In this document: in pieces, positions 58,901-64,000 of the stretch
How the letters are laid out: each line of letters starts with the position of its first letter
Position numbering within the stretch: position 1 is the stretch's first letter
IMG/VR virus record: IMGVR_UViG_3300047548_000985
Location: 1 to 64,000 of that record
Length of the DNA: 64,000 bases
Direction: 5' to 3' (one strand)
Source of the DNA: an uncultured virus (IMG/VR IMGVR_UViG_3300047548_000985)
Lineage: Duplodnaviria; Heunggongvirae; Uroviricota; Caudoviricetes
Notes under the pieces: model-generated
What the model saw: the letters and a program-made list of their open reading frames with translations, nothing else
Told to the model about the DNA's origin: nothing
Databases searched by the model: none
Translations under genes and position numbers: made by a program

Positions 58901-59499
58901 TTTGTTTCTAAAATGGATGCGTTCAATCCACTAGTGTCGATGCTCTTTATTTTTGGTAACGCAAGACTGGCTATCTTTCCTTTAAACTCTTCAAGATCAG
59001 TTTGAATTTTGCCAATTGATTCTGTTAACCCACTGGTATCGATTGATCCAATAGCAGGTAATTCAAACCCTTTTATTAAGTTATTGAAGTTGTCAATCGA
59101 TGATTGTATATCACCTATTGAGCGATTAACTGAAGACGTATCAAACGTAATATTTTCTAGTTTACTTTTGAATGTGGTGGTAGAGGCAAGGATGTCATTA
59201 AAAAATGGATCTAATCTTTTGGCATCAAGAGACGTAACAAACATGTCAAAGACAGTTTTGACATCAGTTAAGCTTTTGTTGAAGTTATTCAGAATAGCCG
59301 CAGTTCTACCTTGAGTAGAAGCTAGCATGCCGAGATTAACTGAAATTTGCCTAAAGTTGTTTTGAAGGTCGCCTTTGGAGCTGTTTAAGTTGTTGTTTAT
59401 CTGTGATATTTCACCTGATGTACCAAGTAATGTATCTCGCATGCCTATTGTAGCGGCACGAAACTCTTCCAACAGTGCATTTAGTTCTTGATCATCCAT
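52933..59499 (-). CDS. tape-measure-like protein with C-terminal phage-tail lysozyme and M15-like peptidase domains
   Basis: Long Ala/Gly-rich helical protein with TM-like segments; AAGIVGNLQQESG..AQGIAQWR..LEEQLAYVDWEL..YERS (tail lysozyme); FNDRFH..SMHTQGKAVDF..GGHIHAQ (Zn peptidase). Confidence 0.8.
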   Translation of the reverse strand: MDDQELNALLEEFRAATIGMRDTLLGTSGEISQINNNLNSSKGDLQNNFRQISVNLGMLASTQGRTAAILNNFNKSLTDVKTVFDMFVTSLDAKRLDPFFNDILASTTTFKSKLENITFDTSSVNRSIGDIQSSIDNFNNLIKGFELPAIGSIDTSGLTESIGKIQTDLEEFKGKIASLALPKIKSIDTSGLNASILETKNAFDLFRNQLALFKLPELKTTVKGDTTLEAVDQHTKEKTIPLREEEEKLTKEKTIPLQKEYNNQVEALIDIFGDLQAKLVEITGATTSAASPVNDLRSNQRKGLLEKDIDLNDVLEKAKVEGRSTVKLDNDQLAKLNELGLTKAERQSLKIPRGAEQIGKGAEVDTDKLEKVLERIERQKNLDLEGFQYASKRINSLGEASSKLSEQFLETNKQNIGLSATTQLLTAAISGSVLAIKSYTSAIYEGRRGAMVSAEATTKFADTLGSAAQGIGFALMLIPGLGLAARFAGGALALFGTTAKAGAKLNELASKQGEDLYKSFNELGKVSGTTSGGFENIFRNQQKLGISTEQYTSLITNNAKEMKLFGASVGDGADKFVSVASSITSPTNELGKSLLRLGITTEEQNEHIVQYMAAEAKRGTLANKSQADLTKGAYAYMEELDKLAAITGATRKEQEEARKAIQSISELRAAQVEAEASGDFEKAARLKKAEDIATQLQAKGLTNLAAGAARYYAAGGAVDKNSAAYQTMMGQGGLQAVEKQDTAQAMLTVGEQLTKQQKIYAGGVKIDSGIFTSLFGDTFAAANDFTRAQEGLRRTVKEKTGKDDAETIAKFVEDQREAQKRGEKLDPNVEKYIGAVENDRQSQAKLQAMVFTQLGAAIERYATNASQFNSGVDKFSTAVDTFRDWIKDKTGIELDSNKLLDWSYAGIAIAGVLTTVLSKKLLKPLGDAAGKLGSTLSENTAATAGNATKAVSTAATGIGTPRWTGDSIKRQARDADNAAFLKTFKETRGSIRYRNRASTEAGKAARKKFFEDLRAAKAGEGIAGNLPTTSAKGMDNLSSLSERTGPSFGSKITDLGKGLGGFIQGIGAGAGGAIQGILQGIAGGLTAFANPLILKGAAIFSGAIALISAGAAASMWLIGKALPTFAEGVAAFSGIDGDNLVDVGLGITALGGGLAVFAAGGVAASFANVASSIVDGLVGFFGGKTPFEKIADFSNLPIDGPKLKTNAEALLAFGEAMAALSNGSASITGAIAEKLFSIFDVKTPWDRFVEFSKLPIDDSAKVKNNAEALRAFAEGLSALKSGITISGVLAEGLANFFEVKTPWDRFVEFSKLPIENAPKVKTNAEALRAFAEAMSKLKGGTTISIGIAEGLSKFFEVKTPWDRFIDFSKLELGDTDKITKNANALKAFNDAMSGYKGGSISNWLGNFDSLNVDFEALAKRINSFIKSFENQKIDSSKKDIIISNADILKAFDSAIGEYKGAGAGVGTWLNNFDSLNVDFEALAKRIKSFIDEFAQFSPNSKEKIIVNADILKTFDQALSSYQGAGAGAGAWLNNFDFLNVDLASLKKKIETFNSINVSKEIVTRNAEALAAFDQALSSYQGAGTGSSTLLSKIADFFGAGINIDDLAKKLLKFSEIKITGSIEDFKTKAEGFKAFAEGMEAFSNVKAVKGSTLANTISDNLSKKFDGKTITEKFEEFANLKIDPLKFKQNNEAFNTFLSSMGMKGAVDLGVAKETAAAQSRMKELGGLPAATQGGNAAAGLGATPNATKAMEFFIKQGWTREQAAGIVGNLQQESGKDLSTTAFNKKENAQGIAQWRNDRLERFRQMYGKEVKSATLEEQLAYVDWELKNTEKQAGDSLRQTRTAEDAAAVVDKKYERSAGTEVANRKNNALALLGSSPATPSVASAASSITSSEEMLRAAGLKIKQGDVQAPNASLDSRMIGLAQQIQSSIPGFHAFTGFNDRFHIRETPNSMHTQGKAVDFTLTKPPTVEEGKQIVAALKQMGFSGAIDEYNNPSRNATGGHIHAQLDGSISAPTSPAQPTGSTAVASAASPANSRKKPTTAAQAFADEYRAQFGSIPADINKPVTVPEPKVASAPTTAPTTAPIVAPTPPTEPPQATAAGVQMARAPAPMNIANEQKLSQGDMSGVTALSGKLDQLISAVNAQARPDDSSNLKMGGEILSKLDEVIDLLERSTRLQGKSLDYARA
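54800..55960 (-). repeat. two families of internal repeats (58-aa KTPWDRF units; 65-aa NFDSLNVDFEALAKRI units)
   Basis: 37-nt identity at 55557/55731 (174-bp period); 47-nt identity at 55040/55235 (195-bp period). Confidence 0.85.
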
Positions 59500-59525
59500 T
59501 TTTTATTTTCTGCCTATTTTTAGCC

Positions 59526-59549
59526 TATAAATACGCTCAGTATATTTAT
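59526..59549. promoter_or_regulatory. overlapping face-to-face late promoters for the divergent TMP and gp26 units
   Basis: TATAAATA on + at 59526-33; ATAAATA on - at 59543-49. Confidence 0.7.
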
Positions 59550-59586
59550 GACCGTTTCGTGCGGTAAAATCTAAACAGGAGCACTT

Positions 59587-60417
59587 ATGCTAGATAATAA
59601 CCCATTAAAACAATATTTTCGTAGACCGGCCCTTTACGTTAAGCTTCCAAGTGAAGGAAAGTACTACAACGCAAATATTGTCGATATGCCTGAAAATGGC
59701 GAACTTCCAGTTTATCCAATGACTGCGATTGATGAGATAACAAGTAAAACACCTGACGCCCTTTATAACGGAATGGCAATTGTCGAGATCATCAAGAGTT
59801 GTATTCCTTGCATCAAAGATCCTTGGCAGATTTCAAGTATGGATTTGGACGCATTGCTAATTGCTATTCGAATGGCTACAAATGGCAACGAAATGGATTT
59901 AGAAAGCACTTGCCCTAGTTGTACAGAAGAAAACAAGTATGGCTTAAACCTATCGCTTATTTTAGGAAGTTTGAAGCCTGGTGACTATACAGCAGAATTA
60001 AAGGTTGATGGATTGTCTATCAAGTATAGACCATTGACATATAAAGAAGCAAATCAGGGAAATACGGCTCAGATTGAAATGCAGCGAGTTCTCAACAATC
60101 TGGCAACTCTTCAGGACGAAGATCAACGTACTAAGGCAAGTAGTGATGGTTTAAAAAAGATTAGTAAAATTAGTATGGAAATCGTTGCGAATACAGTTGA
60201 ATCTATTACATTGCCGGATGGTGTAAAAGTTGAAGACAAGAAGTATATTCTTGAGTTCTTAACCAACTGTGACAAAAAGACCTATGCTGCGGTTAGGGAC
60301 TTTAGCGTTAAGCTAAGAGAAAGTACAGAAATAAAACCTTTACATTTCAAGTGTGCAGACTGCGGGCATGAGTATGATCAACCATTCACGTTGAATATTT
60401 CTGATTTTTTCGAATGA
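59587..60417 (+). CDS. gp26: baseplate hub assembly protein (gp26-like)
   Basis: YVKLPSEG...PMTAIDE...DLDALLIAIR.AT.G...CPSC; IKYRPLTY; C-terminal CADCGHE. Confidence 0.75.
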   Translation: MLDNNPLKQYFRRPALYVKLPSEGKYYNANIVDMPENGELPVYPMTAIDEITSKTPDALYNGMAIVEIIKSCIPCIKDPWQISSMDLDALLIAIRMATNGNEMDLESTCPSCTEENKYGLNLSLILGSLKPGDYTAELKVDGLSIKYRPLTYKEANQGNTAQIEMQRVLNNLATLQDEDQRTKASSDGLKKISKISMEIVANTVESITLPDGVKVEDKKYILEFLTNCDKKTYAAVRDFSVKLRESTEIKPLHFKCADCGHEYDQPFTLNISDFFE

Positions 60418-60641
60418 GGCTTCTACACCTTGACAGCGAAGGTATTCAGAAGCTAATTTCAAGTATGGAAAAAGATTGTGAAATCATCAAGAGGACCGCA
60501 CTAAAGTTCTCTTGGTATATGCGAGGTGGCGTATCCTATGAGGACATAATGAATATGTCTGCGTTTGAAAGGGAAGAAATAGGAAGAATCATAGATTCTA
60601 ATATAGAAACTACCAAAAAGTCTGGGTTAAATTTCTTCTAA
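60414..60641 (+). CDS. gp51: baseplate hub assembly catalyst (gp51-like)
   Basis: SWYMRGGVSYEDIMNMSAFERE motif; ATGA overlap with gp26. Confidence 0.6.
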   Translation: MRLLHLDSEGIQKLISSMEKDCEIIKRTALKFSWYMRGGVSYEDIMNMSAFEREEIGRIIDSNIETTKKSGLNFF

Positions 60642-60649
60642 AGTACAAC

Positions 60650-60656
60650 ATAAATA
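60650..60656 (+). promoter_or_regulatory. late promoter ATAAATA
   Basis: 6 nt before the portal ATG at 60663. Confidence 0.6.
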
Positions 60657-60662
60657 CTGATT

Positions 60663-62462
60663 ATGACATATAAGAAACAGTTTAGAAACCCAAATCCTTC
60701 GGGAACTATGAGTCCCATATCAGGCTCTAATTCCAATTCTGGTGCTTGGAACAGCGCGGGAATGAACAACGAAGTAACTGGTGGTTGGAAAAATTACGAG
60801 TTTGGTTATAAAAATTATCAGTCAAGATTGCCTGAGGTTTATACTGGACACCCCAACAGGATTACTCGTTATAATCAATATGAAATGATGGATGTTGATG
60901 CAGAGATATGCGCCTGCCTAGATATTATCGCTGAGTTTAGTACACAAACTAACGAACAAAATAATACTCCTTTTGAGATAAATTGGCATGAACAGCCAAC
61001 TCCAAATGAAGTTGAGTTAGTAAAAAAGCAATTGCAACAATGGTGTAAACTTAATGAATTAGATACAAGAACGTTTAAGATTTTTAGAAATGTTTTAAAG
61101 TACGGTGATCAAGTGTTCATTCGTGATCCAGAAAACTTTAAGCTTTATTGGGTTGATATGACAAAGGTAACAAAGGTCATTGTCAACGAAAGTAAAGGTA
61201 AAGAACCAGAGCAATATGTTATTAAAGATATTAACATAAATTTAGAAAACTTGAGCGTGGCAGAAAAAACTACTACAGATTTCCAAGCTCAACCTCCCAC
61301 AGCAGGCTATTCTGCACCTTACAGTTATACTGTTCCTAATGAACCATATGGAACTACTGGCAGTAGATTTAGCTTAGGCGTAAATGAAGCAGCAATCGAT
61401 GCAAAACATATTGTTCATCTAAGTCTTACTGAGGGATTAGATAGATATTGGCCCTTTGGACAATCGATCTTAGAAAACATTTTCAAAGTATACAAGCAAA
61501 AAGAACTACTAGAAGATGCAATTCTGATTTATCGTGTACAACGTGCCCCGGAGCGAAGAATATTTAAGATCGACGTTGGCAACATGCCTACTCATATGGC
61601 AATGGCATTTGTTGACAGAATTAAAAATGAAATTCATCAACGAAGGATTCCAAGTGTTCAAGGCGGGCAAAGTGTTTTGGATGCAACATATAATCCTTTG
61701 TCTATTATGGAAGATTACTTTTTCCCTCAGAATTCTGAAGGAAAAGGTTCGACAGTTGATGTGCTGCCAGGTGGACAAAATCTAGGTGAGATTGACGATC
61801 TGAAGTACTTCAACAATAGGCTAGCAAGAGGATTAAGAGTACCTAGCTCATATCTACCGACTGGTCCAGACGATGCACAAACTCCTTTGAGTGATGGGCG
61901 TGTTGGTACAGCGATGATACAGGAATTTAGATTCAATCAGTATTGCGAGCGTCTACAGAAGTATGTTTGTCAAAAGTTAGATGACGAATTTAAGTTGTTC
62001 ATGAGATGGAGAGGATTAAATGTCGATTCAAGTTTATTCGATATTAAATTTAACCCTCCTCAAAATTTTGCAGCTTACAGACAGAGTGAATTAGATAAAG
62101 ATCGCGTTTCAACCTTTCAAGCAATTGAAGCATTGCCTTACATTAGTAAAAGATTTGCAATGAAAAGGTTCTTGGGATTAACTGAAGAAGAGATTGAAGA
62201 AAACTCAACTCTTTGGCATGAAGAACGTTCTGAACCTGAAGATTCTCAAGTTACCGGCAGTGATCTTAGAAACGTCGGTATTGGTATCGGTGATCTTGAA
62301 TCAGATATCCAAGCTGGTGAAGAAATTCCACCTGAAGGGGCGGAAGGTATGGAAGGAATGCCTCCTGAAATGACAGCACCTGTTGCAGGTCCTGAAGGAG
62401 GAGCTGGTATGCCGGCGCCTGGTGGAGGAGCACCGGCAGGTGGTCCAGGATTGGGAATGTAA
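60663..62462 (+). CDS. gp20: portal vertex protein
   Basis: LLEDAILIYRVQRAPERRIFKIDVGNMP; MEDYFFP...GSTVDVLPGGQNLGEIDDLKYF...LRVPSS. Confidence 0.95.
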   Translation: MTYKKQFRNPNPSGTMSPISGSNSNSGAWNSAGMNNEVTGGWKNYEFGYKNYQSRLPEVYTGHPNRITRYNQYEMMDVDAEICACLDIIAEFSTQTNEQNNTPFEINWHEQPTPNEVELVKKQLQQWCKLNELDTRTFKIFRNVLKYGDQVFIRDPENFKLYWVDMTKVTKVIVNESKGKEPEQYVIKDININLENLSVAEKTTTDFQAQPPTAGYSAPYSYTVPNEPYGTTGSRFSLGVNEAAIDAKHIVHLSLTEGLDRYWPFGQSILENIFKVYKQKELLEDAILIYRVQRAPERRIFKIDVGNMPTHMAMAFVDRIKNEIHQRRIPSVQGGQSVLDATYNPLSIMEDYFFPQNSEGKGSTVDVLPGGQNLGEIDDLKYFNNRLARGLRVPSSYLPTGPDDAQTPLSDGRVGTAMIQEFRFNQYCERLQKYVCQKLDDEFKLFMRWRGLNVDSSLFDIKFNPPQNFAAYRQSELDKDRVSTFQAIEALPYISKRFAMKRFLGLTEEEIEENSTLWHEERSEPEDSQVTGSDLRNVGIGIGDLESDIQAGEEIPPEGAEGMEGMPPEMTAPVAGPEGGAGMPAPGGGAPAGGPGLGM

Positions 62463-62490
62463 AGAATAAATAGTTAATAGGAATAAAATC

Positions 62491-62715
62491 GTGAAACTAT
62501 TTGAACTTTATGATCGAGCTATCCCTGGTTATCAAGACTTGGAAGATGATAACAGTAAACCAACTTGGAGAGAACTTAGAAAAACCAAGTTGACTTTGCG
62601 TCAAATAAGAAAGCTTCGAAAAATGCAGGATGTAAGATCGTTTGAAAAAGCAGAAAATCTCAAACGGGTTCGAAAACAATACAAGCCTGCTGATCAATCA
62701 CAACCAATGATGTAA
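62491..62715 (+). CDS. small basic head-module protein
   Basis: 74 aa, GTG start, ATAAATA at 62466-72 and AGGA SD; RKTKLTLRQIRKLRKM. Confidence 0.7.
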   Translation: MKLFELYDRAIPGYQDLEDDNSKPTWRELRKTKLTLRQIRKLRKMQDVRSFEKAENLKRVRKQYKPADQSQPMM

Positions 62716-62718
62716 TCT

Positions 62719-62798
62719 CTAGCATTTTTGATGCTAGCTTGTCAAAACACGCAAAAAATAGCACTTATTTGGCTATTTTTTGCGGTGCCATATAAATA
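62719..62798 (+). promoter_or_regulatory. two hairpins followed by a canonical late promoter TATAAATA
   Basis: CTAGCAT/ATGCTAG stem (62719-37); 13-bp CGCAAAAAATAGC/GCTATTTTTTGCG stem (62750-84); TATAAATA at 62791-98. Confidence 0.7.
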
Positions 62799-62834
62799 AC
62801 TCTATAAAGCCATTTACATTTAGGAGAAATCACA

Positions 62835-63749
62835 ATGGATAACAGGAAATTTGAAAAGCTTATTGATTTAATTATCAATGAGAATGAAGAACAAGCCCGT
62901 GAACTTTTTCACGAAATCGTGGTAGAAAAGTCAAGACAAATCTATGAATCATTGATGGACGAAGAAGATGAATCAATGAGTATGCTTGATGAAATTGGAG
63001 CAGACTTAGATGTCGAGCAAAGTGGCGGAACATTTGAGGATGACGAAGACATGGATATGCCTTTGAGTGATGAGGACGATGGATTTGCTGATGATGAAGA
63101 AATTGATCTTGACGCAGATGAGTTAGATGACATGTCTGATGATGAGGAACTCGAGGATCGTGTTGTTGATCTAGAAGAAAAACTTGATCAACTTATGGCT
63201 GAATTTGAAGAGCTAATGGATCAAGATGATGACATGGGCGACGAAGACATGGACGACGAAGACATGGACATGGGCGACGAAGACATGGAAGACGAAGACA
63301 TGGAAGACGAAGACATGGACATGGACATGGACGACGAAGACATGGACATGGAAGACGAAGACATGGAAGACGATGAAGATTCGTTAGATGAATCTGTTCA
63401 ACTTCAAACAGTAAAGAAAGTTTCACACGGTGACAATGGTGCTTATACAACAAGTCCAACACTAACCAAGCCAAGAGTCGTTGCAACTGGCGCAAAGCCA
63501 ACTGCAATGGGGCAAGCAGGTGAATCTGTTCCAACTTCAGCTAAAGCTGCTAACAACTATGCAACTAAAGGGCAAGGTCAACTTAAGGGTGCAGGACAAT
63601 TTAAAAACGCACCAGGACATAAAGGGCAAGACTTGTCAGCCGCTCCAAAGGCAAAGACTTCACAAGAGTCAGGTGTAAATACTAAGAGCCCTGTTGCAGA
63701 GTCTAGAAGAAGAGCACTTAAGCAACAGTTTGGTGCAAAGAGAAAATAA
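62835..63749 (+). CDS. acidic prohead core/scaffolding-like protein
   Basis: TAGGAG SD; very D/E-rich; lies between portal and protease; candidate gp21-type cleavage sites (LDE/S, VAE/S). Confidence 0.7.
   Translation: MDNRKFEKLIDLIINENEEQARELFHEIVVEKSRQIYESLMDEEDESMSMLDEIGADLDVEQSGGTFEDDEDMDMPLSDEDDGFADDEEIDLDADELDDMSDDEELEDRVVDLEEKLDQLMAEFEELMDQDDDMGDEDMDDEDMDMGDEDMEDEDMEDEDMDMDMDDEDMDMEDEDMEDDEDSLDESVQLQTVKKVSHGDNGAYTTSPTLTKPRVVATGAKPTAMGQAGESVPTSAKAANNYATKGQGQLKGAGQFKNAPGHKGQDLSAAPKAKTSQESGVNTKSPVAESRRRALKQQFGAKRK
63231..63375 (+). repeat. coding microsatellite, 7 copies of GACGAAGACATGG (DEDM)
   Basis: Copies at about 63240, 63255, 63276, 63291, 63306, 63333 and 63354, interspersed with GACATG units. 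Confidence 0.9.
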
Positions 63750-63809
63750 GGTTTCCGAGGTAAATGGCTTTTATTTTTGTGAATATAGAGATAACGGGGG
63801 ATTTTGAAA

Positions 63810-64000
63810 ATGTATAATAAACGAGTATTGTGTGAGTTCATAAGCCCCCGTGTTTTCTCCGGCATTACCGAGTCTGAAGAAATAGAAGTCAATGGTAAAA
63901 AAGAGAAAAATCTCTATCTAAAGGGAATCTTTATTCAAGGCGATGTTTTAAATGCAAATCAAAGAATATACCCGTCAAGGGAAATTGAAAAAGCAGTTCA
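63810..64000 (+). CDS. gp21: prohead core protease (5' part, runs off the window)
   Basis: MYNKRVLCEF...KNLYLKGIFIQGDVLNANQRIYPSREIEKAV, the gp21 N-terminal signature GIF.Q....N.N.R.YP. Confidence 0.88.
   Translation, partial: MYNKRVLCEFISPRVFSGITESEEIEVNGKKEKNLYLKGIFIQGDVLNANQRIYPSREIEKAV

Noticed and set aside
63231..63375. CRISPR-like array
   Set aside because: The repeats are in-frame coding units without unique spacers; the 108-bp and 999-bp repeats are also coding. No cas genes are present.

Overview
This window is a 64-kb segment of a large T4-like (myovirus-type) dsDNA phage read in the standard genetic code. It is almost entirely virion morphogenesis genes. From left to right: (1) the end of a Gly-rich fibre gene, followed by small accessory genes including a membrane fatty-acid desaturase and a frameshifted oxygenase/cupin-like gene; (2) a minus-strand tail/baseplate block with a 4447-aa fibre carrying about 33 Calx-beta/Ig-like repeats, a 404-aa fibre-like protein, a 5574-aa multidomain baseplate protein, and gp6-, gp25-, gp5-, gp27-, gp53- and gp48-like genes; (3) a free-standing GIY-YIG homing endonuclease; (4) a gp55 (late sigma)-gp47-gp46-Holliday junction resolvase island; (5) a ~600-nt ORF-free, densely base-paired region; (6) a 2188-aa tape-measure-like protein ending in two peptidoglycan hydrolase domains; (7) gp26, gp51, portal gp20, an acidic scaffold gene and the start of protease gp21. 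T4-type late promoters (ATAAATA/TATAAATA) precede most units. The best candidate for an undescribed system is the ornate non-coding RNA at ~52340-52900. Other leads are a 12-nt long-range inverted repeat linking the scaffold leader to a mini-ORF start upstream of gp21, a structured leader plus antisense promoters on the homing endonuclease, and twin fibre cassettes carrying lipid- and oxygen-dependent enzymes. All family assignments come from motif recognition by eye; no searches or folding programs were run.
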